Positions 28,419-37,495 of a DNA stretch of 64,000 bases are shown here, piece after piece (the stretch's first letter is position 1; the number at the start of each line of letters is the position of its first letter). Position numbers and translations under genes: made by a program. Source of the stretch: Patescibacteria group bacterium. Its GTDB lineage: Bacteria > Patescibacteriota > Patescibacteriia > UBA10025 > JAHIVO01. A model generated the notes under the pieces. The model had not been told where the DNA came from. It did not search any database and saw nothing but the letters and a program-made list of their open reading frames with translations. The DNA lies in assembly GCA_041650915.1 (NCBI GenBank), contig JBAZKE010000001.1, positions 379,284 to 443,283 of the forward strand, given 5' to 3'.

Positions 28419-28919
28419 ATGAGGGTTCCCATACGAAAACCAGGGCAGTACACCCATGCAAAGCCCGACCGCAACGTGACCGCGGAAAAACTGCAGGAGT
28501 TCAAGCAGGAGCTCCGCAAACTGGTGCGCGTTGTCCGGCCTCCGGCGATCGCCGAGGTGAAGCGGCTTGCGGACCTCGGGGATTTTTCCGAAAATGCGGA
28601 GTACCAGATCGCGAAAGGCCGTTTGCGGGGCATCAACGCGCGCATCCTGGAGCTGGAAGGCGCGATCAAGTCCGCGATCGTCATCAGGCTGGGAAGTGCA
28701 ACCGGCCGCATCCGGATCGGCAGCCGCGTAACGGTACGGATGGACGGCGAGCAAAAAACGTACCGCCTCCTCGGCTCGGCGGAATCCGATCCGGGCAAAG
28801 GCGTTATCTCGCACGCGTCGCCGATCGGAATGGCCCTGGTCGGGAAAAAAGCGGGCGATATGTTCACCGTCACGCTCGCGAACAGGCAGGTGCAGTGCAC
28901 GGTGCTGAGCGTAACATAG
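28419..28919 (+). CDS. greA: transcription elongation factor GreA
   Basis: Coiled-coil N-domain (AEKLQEFKQELRKL) and C-terminal FKBP-like domain (GSAESDPGKGVISHASPIGMALVGKKAGD). Confidence 0.85.
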   Translation: MRVPIRKPGQYTHAKPDRNVTAEKLQEFKQELRKLVRVVRPPAIAEVKRLADLGDFSENAEYQIAKGRLRGINARILELEGAIKSAIVIRLGSATGRIRIGSRVTVRMDGEQKTYRLLGSAESDPGKGVISHASPIGMALVGKKAGDMFTVTLANRQVQCTVLSVT

Positions 28920-29028
28920 CGAACCGCCTTTCTTTGCATATGTTTTATTACAGAGCCGTCTGATTAAAAAAAAGAAAGGGGCAACTCGTGAGAGCTGCCC
29001 TTGTTTGTGGTTTGGTACGATTTTCGTT

Positions 29029-30234
29029 TCACCCGCACTGTGCAAGCGATTGGGTGATGTCCTCGATGAGGCGATCTACCGGTTCAAGGCCGATAGACAG
29101 CCGGACCAGGTCCGGGGTGACGCCCGCGGCGATCCGTACGTCTTCGGGAACACCGAGGTGGGTTGAACGTGCCGGCAGGATCGCCAGCGAGTGGTCACTG
29201 CCCAGGGACACGGTGTTGCCGTACACTACTTCGAGCGAGTTGACGAACATTTCCGCCGCAGCCGCGCCGCCTTTCAAGCGCAACGAGATGATTGATCCCG
29301 GTCCGGTGCACTGTGCGGCGTAGATTTCCGCCTGTACGCCGGTAAGGAGGGTCGAGTAATACACCTCCGCCACCTGACCGTGCTGGGCGAGCATGGACGC
29401 GATCTGTGCTGCCGACGCCGCCTCGTCCCGCATGCGGCCGAAGACATCCGCAATCGACTGCTCGAGATCGGCACACGCTGCCGGAGTATAAATCGGGCCG
29501 CTCGTGTACTGCAGGGAGCGGATGCACTTCATCAGCTCTCCCGAGTTCGTGAGGGCAACGCCGCCGAGCTGGCACGAATGCCCGCCCAGGAACTTGGTCG
29601 CGGAGTACACGACGATGTCCGCGCCGTGTTCAAACGGGTGCTGGAACAGGGGTCCCAGGAAGGTATTATCGACGACGATCAGCGCCGGCCCTTTCAGTCC
29701 CGGGTACTTCTTGGTGAGGTCGGCGATCTGCCGGATGGGAGAATGCCCGATTCGCGGGTTGTTCGGCGTCTCGAGGAAGACTGCACGCAGTTGGAACTGG
29801 TGTTCCAGCAGTGCCTGCTCGAATGCGGCGAGGTCGGTGGTATCGACCGCAACTGCGGTGATGCCGTACCGAGCGCACCATGTCCTGTAGAACTCATCGC
29901 TGCAACCGTACTCCGGCGTGGTGTACAGTATCGTATCGCCCTGTTGCGCGATCGCCATGATCGTGGTAAAAATCGCGGACATTCCCGAAGGAAATACCGC
30001 GGCTTCGGCTGCCCCGGGTTCCATTGCGACGAGCGCCCGGTACAGGCTGTCGTGGGTCGGAGTCTCAAACCGGGAGTAGATGAACCGCTGATCGCGCATT
30101 TCCTCGGGCATGGGCTGCAAACCCAGGAGCCATTGGAATCGAAGTTCGAGGTTAGCGACGCTGTCTGCCTGGTAGGTCGTCGCGGTGCATGTCGGCACAA
30201 CAATCCCGCCATACGGATCTCGTGTATGCTTCAT
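29029..30234 (-). CDS. Cys/Met-metabolism PLP-dependent enzyme (cystathionine gamma-synthase / beta-lyase / methionine gamma-lyase family)
   Basis: PLP-lysine block VVYSATKFLGGH and the family's typical length and organisation. Confidence 0.85.
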   Translation of the reverse strand: MKHTRDPYGGIVVPTCTATTYQADSVANLELRFQWLLGLQPMPEEMRDQRFIYSRFETPTHDSLYRALVAMEPGAAEAAVFPSGMSAIFTTIMAIAQQGDTILYTTPEYGCSDEFYRTWCARYGITAVAVDTTDLAAFEQALLEHQFQLRAVFLETPNNPRIGHSPIRQIADLTKKYPGLKGPALIVVDNTFLGPLFQHPFEHGADIVVYSATKFLGGHSCQLGGVALTNSGELMKCIRSLQYTSGPIYTPAACADLEQSIADVFGRMRDEAASAAQIASMLAQHGQVAEVYYSTLLTGVQAEIYAAQCTGPGSIISLRLKGGAAAAEMFVNSLEVVYGNTVSLGSDHSLAILPARSTHLGVPEDVRIAAGVTPDLVRLSIGLEPVDRLIEDITQSLAQCG

Positions 30235-30327
30235 GGCATACCTCCTATAATGTAGGGTTCAGTTTTTTTTGGTTTTCAGTCTATCATACGTATTTTTGCG
30301 TGCCATGTCAAGCGTAATATTACAGGC

Positions 30328-30486
30328 ATGGCAAGGTCCGATCCGGGCAAAGGCGTTATCTCGCACGCGTCGCCCTTGGGCAGTGCGCTTCTAGGCAAGC
30401 AGGCAGGAGGGCGGTTTACGGCCAGGATTGCCGATGCAGACAAGCAGTGTGAGGTGGTGAGGGGGAATAATTCGGATGAGGGAATA
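30328..30486 (+). pseudogene. greA C-terminal domain fragment (partial duplicate)
   Basis: Encodes MARSDPGKGVISHASPLGSALLGKQAGGRF.... A 38-nt stretch (TCCGATCCGGGCAAAGGCGTTATCTCGCACGCGTCGCC) is identical to greA at about 28783-28820. Confidence 0.7.
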
Positions 30487-30546
30487 TAAAACATGGCCGA
30501 CGCATCAAAGCACCAGCCATGTTTGTATTCTTCACGAATGACGGAA

Positions 30547-31176
30547 TCAAAGGTTGACGTTGAAGTACAACCTTGGGTACTCGTACCTCGTGAAGTATAC
30601 GAGCCACAGGTTGACCTTAGAAAAGGCGAGGTCAATCCGCGGTCCGATGTCGAACAGCTCCGGCGTGCCGGTTCTGTCCGTGTAGTATTCGGTTTCGAAT
30701 CCGGCGAAGAGCCCCTCGTCGGCGACGTCGCTCATCCCGCGAAGCCGTACTTCCGCGAGCGTCCAGGTAAGTAGTCCCTTATCCCGGAAGTAATAGTCGC
30801 ACTGTGAACCTTGTTTGAGCCACAGCGCGCCGACCTTGATGAGACCGTCGGTTCGGAGCGAGACGAGACCGGATAGCGTTTGTTCCTCCTGAGAACCCTT
30901 GGCACCGGCCAGGAATCCCAGTGTCGTCCAGTCGCCGCGCTTCTTGTCGAGTACCTTGTCAATAAGGCCGGCGTAGAAGAGCCAGGGGAACGCATCCGAG
31001 TTGACGTCAGCCAGTATAAGCTGGCCGTACGTTCCGAATCCGCGGATAACCGAGGAATCGGTACAGATATTCAGCTGCAGTTGCAACTGAGGTTTCGTAT
31101 CGTCAGCACCAGCGATCCCACAGCAGACGAGCACGGCCATGAGCGTAACGAATACGGAGCAATGTCTGAGTTTCAT
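30547..31176 (-). CDS. secreted beta-rich protein (signal peptide; C-terminal aromatic-rich strand)
   Basis: N-terminal signal-like MKLRHCSVFVTLMAVLVCCGIAGA; ends ...YPRLYFNVNL. Confidence 0.45.
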   Translation of the reverse strand: MKLRHCSVFVTLMAVLVCCGIAGADDTKPQLQLQLNICTDSSVIRGFGTYGQLILADVNSDAFPWLFYAGLIDKVLDKKRGDWTTLGFLAGAKGSQEEQTLSGLVSLRTDGLIKVGALWLKQGSQCDYYFRDKGLLTWTLAEVRLRGMSDVADEGLFAGFETEYYTDRTGTPELFDIGPRIDLAFSKVNLWLVYFTRYEYPRLYFNVNL

Positions 31177-31442
31177 CAGAACCTCCTACTTTGTTTGAGC
31201 GTTTTTTCAATAATGCGATTTACGATTTAACCAGACATACTATCAGTTTTATAATGATTTGTCAAGGATTAGGTGACGCGTGTTATCTTGTCAATCCCGG
31301 ATCCCTGTACTGTTGGGTTGATTTTTTAGGAGAGCGGTGGCATGAGGCACCGGGGCTCTTGACGCGGGGCTTGCCGTGTGGTACGGTCTGGTGAAACTTG
31401 TTTGAATGTTCTTTCATTTTACGAGGAGGTACCCGTGAAGAA

Positions 31443-32304
31443 AAATGTAATGAAGCGCTGGCTGGCAACAGTCGTTGTGGTATTGGCATTCTTGCTCATC
31501 TTTGTCGTTCTGGAAAGGGCGTTCGAGGATATGTACGAATTGCCCCGGCCAATCTGGTTATCCAGTAACGTGCATCCTGCAGCCATTGGGCAGTGCTACA
31601 GCTGCGATAGCGTGGCGATTTTATTCGACTCGATGGCTGTTGACCCGGTTCTGGGCCGGTACATCGTGCCGGTCCGGGAAAAGCTGGACGAGTATCGCCG
31701 TGTCATTGAGCGGTCGTATGCCAAGGCAGCGGGCAAGCGGATCACCGTAGTATTGCAAATCCACGAGGTGGGGTATGAGGAACGCGTGCCCGATGAAATC
31801 CTAAAAAGCCAGGGCAACATCAAGCGCGCCATACCGCTCGTATCGCCCGAGCTGATCGCCTGGGAGGGCGTGTGCAGCACGCCTCTGACGGAAGACAACC
31901 TGTTAAACGAGGTTATCACAGAGGGCAAGCGGCAGGGCTTGCCGAGCATCGAACGTGACAGCCTGCGCCGGGTCATGCAGAACATGGCAGACGAAGACGC
32001 GATGACCTGGTACCTTGCCAGGCCGAATCCGGTTTTTTGTCTGGGTTCCGAGATTCAGTCGCTGCACCTGCTGCACACGGCCATCTTGGATACGCCGCCA
32101 TGGCAGAGAACGTCGCAACTGGATCGTTTGGTAGTAGCCGTGCGCATCCTCCGCAGCGAGATCGCATTGGCTAAGGCCATCCACCATTTGGATTCGCGAG
32201 GCTTGCAGCACGGCCTCATCGTCATCGGCGTTGCCCATGGCCCTGAGTTGGCCTGGATTCTCGATGATCTGGGTATACAGGCAGCGGTGTACGATCTGGA
32301 GTAA
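31443..32304 (+). CDS. hypothetical membrane-anchored protein
   Basis: ORF 31378..32304; start taken at MKRWLATVVVVLAFLLIFVV. Confidence 0.45.
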
Positions 32305-32449
32305 CGAATCTTCAGCAGTATCGGTAACGAGCCCCGAAGCAATTTGGGGCTTTTCTTTTTTTTTACCGATGCAATGGGCAGCGTGAAACATAAAAAAACC
32401 GGACGGCCCGTGAAGGACGTCCGGTGGCAAAAGCTGGCTGTCGATTGCC

Positions 32450-32812
32450 TTATGCAATCAGCCGCGTGCCGTATTTTTGGAACCGCATGCCGCAGTCCAG
32501 GATTGCAGCCGCATCCGCCGGCCGGTGTGCGACCGTATACATGAAATCGCGGTCCGGCCCGGGCTGGTGCAGCACCACCCAGGTGGAAGCTCCGCGCTGC
32601 TCGAAAACGGTATAGTGCCCGTCCGGCAGCTCGTCCATGGTTACCGCTTCGAGAAAGTACGGCATGCCGGCATGCACGCTGCCGGTGCCGGCATTCGGGA
32701 TAAGGCAGGAATCAGCCCTCATGATGAGGAATATCACGAGAAAGTAAGCGAGCAGCGCCCCGAGGATAATTTTCTCCGGCCGGGTAATGGGTCCTGCATA
32801 ATCAATGTACAT
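32450..32812 (-). CDS. hypothetical small membrane protein
   Basis: ORF 32450..32875; likely start MYIDYAGPITRPEKIILGALLAYFLVIFLIM. Confidence 0.35.
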   Translation of the reverse strand: MYIDYAGPITRPEKIILGALLAYFLVIFLIMRADSCLIPNAGTGSVHAGMPYFLEAVTMDELPDGHYTVFEQRGASTWVVLHQPGPDRDFMYTVAHRPADAAAILDCGMRFQKYGTRLIA

Positions 32813-32958
32813 GCGCACCTCACTGTGTTTGGGGTTTATGTTTATTGTAAGCAATGTTAATAAAGAACCGGACATCTGTCAATGCAGACGTTCGAACCGT
32901 TCATGGGGCATTGATCAATAGGATTGATTTTTTCCGCATTGGTTTGTATGATGAAGCC

Positions 32959-34323
32959 ATGCGGATACATACGGCGGCATATCGCACGGGGGCTATAAAA
33001 AAATTATTTTTGTTTGTTTGTGGCTGCAGCTGTACCGCATTGGTTGCGGTTGCCGGCTCTATGGCTGTCGAGGCTGCTGTTGATGATTGCCCTTCAGGGT
33101 ACGAGTGGCAGCGGATGAGCGGCGTGGGGTGCGTCCAGATAGACTGCGCTGATTACGCACATGCGCACTATTCGTATACGAGTGCGTGCATTTGCGGCTC
33201 GGCCGGAAGCATCAATGAAAACCCGGCTGATCCGAACACGGGCTGCTACCATTCGAGTGATTATACGGCCTGCCCTGGATGCTTGTACGCGTGCATCCAT
33301 GCCGACGAAGAATGCCCTCAGCCCCCTGGAGAAGTGCCCGTCAGTACTGCGAATAGTGCGAATGCAAACAGGAATACAAACGCCATTGCCAATGCGAATA
33401 GTGCCGTCAACACGAATACCGCGACAAGCCAGAATATAAATGTTAGCAACGCCGGCACGAATATGCCGACGCTTACCACGGGCAACGCCGTTGCGGCAGC
33501 GTCCTGCGCTGATGAGTGCAGTAAGTACCTTCGCGGGCATGCGAATGCGGCTGTTGTGTCGGCTGAGGGTGAACCCCCGAACTGCAAGTGCCAGGTCGAT
33601 GTGCGCGGCACGGGCGGCGAGATCACCCAAACGATTTCAACCGACGGCCCGATTCAGACAACCTACGTATTCGATCCGGCAACCGGCGCCCTTGTTTCAC
33701 GGGAGCGGGTTGACCGGCGCGAACAGGCGGAGCGCATCCGACGGCGCTTGGGGTACCGGTATACTGAGGAGCAGATTGACGCGCTCCTCGCACCGGAAAA
33801 GATCGACCAGTGGTTCCAGGGCCAAATGAATCCGATTGAAACGTCTACCAGCGGATGGCATCCGCAGTTTTGGTGGCAGCATTTCGTTGCGCTCCTCGAC
33901 CACGGGACCAATGGCTCGAGCGCTGATTTCGTCGACGTGCACCATTATGGCCGGTGCGGGGATTCGATGCAGTGGCTTGAGCGGAACCTGTCGGGGGAGC
34001 TGCATTTAGGCGATGATCCGGATGAGCCCGGGCAAAAGCACGAGGCCATGCTGTCGATCACCGGCGAGAAGTGGGGAAATTTTCTGAACCATACGTCAGT
34101 GCTGATCCGGCCGGCAGGGATTACGAATGACGAGTGGGAAGATATTGTTAAAGAATTGAAAGCGAAGTCCGGCGGCCAGGAAGACAATCCCGGCATTGAG
34201 CCTGGCAATTTGCAGCAAATCGATCCGCGCCTGCTGGACGCGAAAGTGCTCGACCCGTACAAAAAGCAGATTACGACCGTACGCGAATTCATCAAGGGCT
34301 GGTCGTATATCCGCGTCAGTTAA
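32959..34323 (+). CDS. secreted Cys-rich protein with Asn/Thr-rich low-complexity linker
   Basis: Signal-like LFLFVCGCSCTALVAVAGSMA, a Cys-rich module, a NANTN-type linker, then a C-terminal globular region. Start at the ATG at 32959 downstream of a promoter-like motif. Confidence 0.5.
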   Translation: MRIHTAAYRTGAIKKLFLFVCGCSCTALVAVAGSMAVEAAVDDCPSGYEWQRMSGVGCVQIDCADYAHAHYSYTSACICGSAGSINENPADPNTGCYHSSDYTACPGCLYACIHADEECPQPPGEVPVSTANSANANRNTNAIANANSAVNTNTATSQNINVSNAGTNMPTLTTGNAVAAASCADECSKYLRGHANAAVVSAEGEPPNCKCQVDVRGTGGEITQTISTDGPIQTTYVFDPATGALVSRERVDRREQAERIRRRLGYRYTEEQIDALLAPEKIDQWFQGQMNPIETSTSGWHPQFWWQHFVALLDHGTNGSSADFVDVHHYGRCGDSMQWLERNLSGELHLGDDPDEPGQKHEAMLSITGEKWGNFLNHTSVLIRPAGITNDEWEDIVKELKAKSGGQEDNPGIEPGNLQQIDPRLLDAKVLDPYKKQITTVREFIKGWSYIRVS

Positions 34324-34337
34324 AGCTGTATGCGCCT

Positions 34338-34829
34338 ATGAAAAAAATCCGCACCATCGCCATGACAGTTATCATCCTCGCCGTTGCGCTCGGCGCGGGA
34401 TACCTTGCACTGCGGCACGTGCCGGCCGACACGTATGCGGTCCAGGAAATCGACGGTACGGCGCACTGGGGGTCGATCTCGGGATCGGTCAGCTATCCGA
34501 GCGAGATGCTTCCGTTCATGGGGATCTGCGCGGAAACGGTTGACGGCGCTGACCAGTATTGCACGTACGAGCTGGTCCCCGACGGCAGTTCTTTGAGTGG
34601 CTACGGGTATGAACTTGCCGTTCCGCCGGATGAATATTATGTGTTCGCGCACGAGGTGGCGGCTGGAAATGAATCAGTCGGGTATGTGGATGAATACCGC
34701 GCGTACTATTCCGAATTCGTGACGTGCGGACTCGAGTATACGTGCCCATCGCACAAGCCCATACCAGTTGAGGTTGCGCGCAACCAGTATCTTCAGGGCA
34801 TCGATCCTACGGATTGGTATAATCAGTAA
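34338..34829 (+). CDS. hypothetical secreted protein
   Basis: 163 aa, signal peptide MKKIRTIAMTVIILAVALGAGYLA. Confidence 0.5.
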   Translation: MKKIRTIAMTVIILAVALGAGYLALRHVPADTYAVQEIDGTAHWGSISGSVSYPSEMLPFMGICAETVDGADQYCTYELVPDGSSLSGYGYELAVPPDEYYVFAHEVAAGNESVGYVDEYRAYYSEFVTCGLEYTCPSHKPIPVEVARNQYLQGIDPTDWYNQ

Positions 34830-35090
34830 TGAGGGACGAACCGAGGGTTCTTCCCTCATCAGCTCCTTTTTCCTTCAACGTATCGCTCAGCCCGGGACCC
34901 TATAACCCGTGGCTTCGCGATGGTTTAAAAACATTCAAGGGACGAACCGAGGGTTCTTCCCTCATCAGCTCCTTTTTCCTTCAACGTATCGCTCAGCCCG
35001 GGACCCGTAGATCCTGTCATTCGACAGGACAGGCCCGTGAGCTCGCGATGGTTTAAAAACATTCAAGGGACGAACCGAGAGATTTGAAGC
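34830..35090 (+). repeat. intergenic tandem repeat (about 2.3 copies of a ~107-132 bp unit with variable insert)
   Basis: CGCGATGGTTTAAAAACATTCAAGGGACGAACCGAGGGTTCTTCCCTCATCAGCTCCTTTTTCCTTCAACGTATCGCTCAGCCCGGGACCC is repeated at 34834 and 34941. Contains the GAGGG-TTCTT-CCCTC hairpin. The second unit has an extra CCTGTC-ATTC-GACAGG hairpin. Confidence 0.8.
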
Positions 35091-35114
35091 TCGAGATGAA
35101 TTAAGATTTATTTT

Positions 35115-35327
35115 ATGGCAGATCAAGAAGGTGCACCGGCTAAAAAAAATCTCCTGAAACAATGGTGGTTTTGGGTTATCGTTGCCGCAATTCTTGGAGC
35201 AGTGTTATTCGTTCCGTACATCTGCGAAACGGCAAACTGCATGCCCTGCCCGGAAGGCGTTGTCTGCGCTCCGTGCCCTGGGCCGGAATGCCAGGGGCTC
35301 GCGGGGTATAGTATTGACAGGCTGTAG
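35115..35327 (+). CDS. small membrane Cys-rich peptide
   Basis: 70 aa: TM segment, then C-x4-C-x2-C-x5-C-x2-C-x3-C. Confidence 0.4.
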   Translation: MADQEGAPAKKNLLKQWWFWVIVAAILGAVLFVPYICETANCMPCPEGVVCAPCPGPECQGLAGYSIDRL

Positions 35328-35534
35328 GCACACGCGGTTGATTATCCGCCGCCTCGCGGTACCATGCCAGCGTTACAAGCATGGTGCCCTAAACCGGGCT
35401 ACCCCGGTAAAACCTGCACTGACTGGACTTGTTCCAGCATCTACGTTACCCGCGATAAGAAAACGGCAGCGCTTGGAATTCGCAACTGCCGTCTTTTGTT
35501 TTTCGCGGGGGGTATGCAGGGGATGCACGACCGT

Positions 35535-35916
35535 TCAGCTGGCCTTCGATGATAGTACGTAGCAGCTGGTCCTGATAAACAGATAGGCATTCAGGCACCA
35601 GCAGAGGATGCAACCAGGGCAGACCAATTCTACCTTGATTGCCTTGATGACCAGCAGTACCGTACTGACCGCGGCGATCAGTATGAGAACGTGGGTTGTG
35701 ATCTGGAGCGCTTGCCCGGGCCAGCCGCTGAGGCGCGACCAATGGGCTGCCGCCGCAATGCTAGCGTATCCGGCCATGCCGATAACCGCGAGCGGTATGC
35801 CCCAGAGCAGGGTGTCGCTGTATTGCTTCGCATGGGCTATAGAACATCCCCAGGCGGCCAGGGCGAGCCCGATACCTACGCCCGCACATACTGCAGTATG
35901 CTTGAAATGATCCATG
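35535..35916 (-). CDS. hypothetical polytopic membrane protein with CxxC (VKOR/DsbB-like thiol oxidoreductase candidate)
   Basis: Likely start MDHFKHTAVCAGVGIGLALAAWGCS... within ORF 35535..36137. About 4 TM segments, and CPGC near the C-terminus. Confidence 0.35.
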
Positions 35917-36152
35917 AGCGATTTTCCTCCGGTTTTTGTTTTTCTGATTAATATGTCATTCTTGTACAATTTCGCTGGAGTGTCAATGCTCCCTGCCAAT
36001 GGCCAGCCCCCTCGCGCGCCTAAATTCGGCTCCCGCCGTTTGTTATATAAAAAAAAGGAGTCGGACTCTACTGCAGTCGAACTCCTTTGGATTGTGCCCT
36101 GATGTGGGGCCTCCTCCCTCTGCTTGCTGCGTGCCATTCTTGATAGTGGGTA

Positions 36153-36674
36153 TCATTCATCATCATACTCGGAGCTTTCCTGGTCGCAATAGCAATTGTC
36201 GGAGCAATACTGCGCTGGAAAGGGATTTGCCGTTACGCAGTTTGCGCAATATGGCTTTTCGCAAAACTCACAAACACGCTGCTCTTTTTTGTCGATCCAT
36301 GCTCCACAGGCGGGGTTTTTGCATTGGACCTTATCGCGGCATAACAGGCAACGGCCGTTATAGTCCATGCAACGCGTACAGCACTTGTCACCGCATGAAA
36401 CGCACTCGCGTATGTCATCCACAGGCACGTTCCTGGAGCATCTTTCGCAACAAAAGGTCTCTTCTTCTGCCGCTTCTTCAGCCTCCGGCTTTTTATCCAG
36501 AACGATTTCACTGCGGATTTCATCTTCGCATGCCTCGAGCTCTTCCGGCGTGACTTTCCTGCCGCGCCGAAAACCGCCGAATGCCTTTACGATGACATAT
36601 ACACCTCTTGCAGCCAGCGCGATCAATCCTAATCCAATCAGCGCTCCGGCCAAGTCGTCGTCTTCCTGGCTCAC
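36153..36674 (-). CDS. membrane-anchored multi-zinc-ribbon Cys-rich protein
   Basis: N-terminal TM, then repeated CxxC pairs (CCERC...CVSC...CCTRC...CLLC...CKNPAC...CEFC...CANC). Confidence 0.5.
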   Translation of the reverse strand: MSQEDDDLAGALIGLGLIALAARGVYVIVKAFGGFRRGRKVTPEELEACEDEIRSEIVLDKKPEAEEAAEEETFCCERCSRNVPVDDIRECVSCGDKCCTRCMDYNGRCLLCRDKVQCKNPACGAWIDKKEQRVCEFCEKPYCANCVTANPFPAQYCSDNCYCDQESSEYDDE

Positions 36675-36774
36675 GTTTCATCACCACCTTTCGCTATTTG
36701 TCGAATGTTCTTTTTCTTTCTGCCTTTTCCATCCATCTAACCTCCTGTGCGCCCATTTGTCAATACTCACTACT

Positions 36775-36811
36775 GCTTGTTTTGCCGCTGGCAGGGGAGT
36801 AAAATGGGGGT
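36775..36811 (+). promoter_or_regulatory. conserved promoter module, copy a (TTGTTT-17-TAAAAT; leaderless-type spacing to ATG)
   Basis: CTTGTTTTGCCGCTGGCAGGGGAGTAAAATGGGGGT lies immediately before the ATG of the phosphoesterase gene. Confidence 0.6.
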
Positions 36812-37372
36812 ATGAAATTATTCGTGATAGCAGACCGACCGCCCCGCAGGCCCATTCGGGCCATTCTCTCGGAAAACCAGGTCGACGCGATCTGCACGCT
36901 TGGTGACCTGACGCTCCAGGACATCCGCCAGCTCGAGGATGTTGCCGGCATTCCAAAAGTCGGCGTGTACGGCAACCATGACAGTGGCACGTACATGAGC
37001 AGCCTCGGCATTGAGAATCTCCACCTCGCCACGGCCACGGTGAAGGGGATCGTCTTCGGCGGATTCCAGGGATCGGTGCGCTACAAGCCGGGGGAACATA
37101 TCATGTATACCCAGGAACAGGCAATGGAGCTGCTTGTCGGTTTCCCGCATGTCGATGTCATGCTTACGCACGCTCCGCCGTACGGCATCCACGATGAGCC
37201 GGACGATCCTGTCCACCAGGGATTCAGGGCGCTGAATGATTACATTGCCGTACAGCACCCCCGCTATCTCCTGCACGGGCATACCTATGCCCCTGAGCAT
37301 GACCGCACCGCCACGGTGGGCAGTACGAAGGTAATCTTTGTGTATCAAGATGCAATCGTGGATATCGTGTAA
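36812..37372 (+). CDS. metallophosphoesterase (calcineurin-like, YfcE/MJ0936-type)
   Basis: GDL, GNHD and GHTY/HAPP metal-ligand motifs. Confidence 0.75.
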   Translation: MKLFVIADRPPRRPIRAILSENQVDAICTLGDLTLQDIRQLEDVAGIPKVGVYGNHDSGTYMSSLGIENLHLATATVKGIVFGGFQGSVRYKPGEHIMYTQEQAMELLVGFPHVDVMLTHAPPYGIHDEPDDPVHQGFRALNDYIAVQHPRYLLHGHTYAPEHDRTATVGSTKVIFVYQDAIVDIV

Positions 37373-37430
37373 GGAAATGGTATAATTTTTAGGATTTCGC
37401 ATTTTGAGCCTGCCGCGCGAGCGGTTTGGG

Positions 37431-37467
37431 GTTGTTTTGTCGTTGGTGGGGGAGTAGAATGGGGGTA
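37431..37467 (+). promoter_or_regulatory. conserved promoter module, copy b (TTGTTT-17-TAGAAT)
   Basis: GTTGTTTTGTCGTTGGTGGGGGAGTAGAATGGGGGTA, 29 nt upstream of the ATG at 37496. Confidence 0.6.
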
Positions 37468-37495
37468 CAGTAACATAATATTTTGATTTAAAAAC

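Noticed and set aside
30547-31176. Calling the 209-aa secreted protein an outer-membrane beta-barrel
   Set aside because: The C-terminal aromatic residue and beta-rich composition are suggestive. Nothing else in the window indicates an outer membrane (no Bam/Lpt/Omp genes), and I cannot verify barrel topology by eye.
34830-35090. Possible CRISPR array
   Set aside because: There are only about 2.3 units. The would-be spacers share sequence with each other (CGCGATGGTTTAAAAACATTCAA), repeat length is about 68 nt, and no cas genes are nearby. It is better described as a tandem structured repeat.
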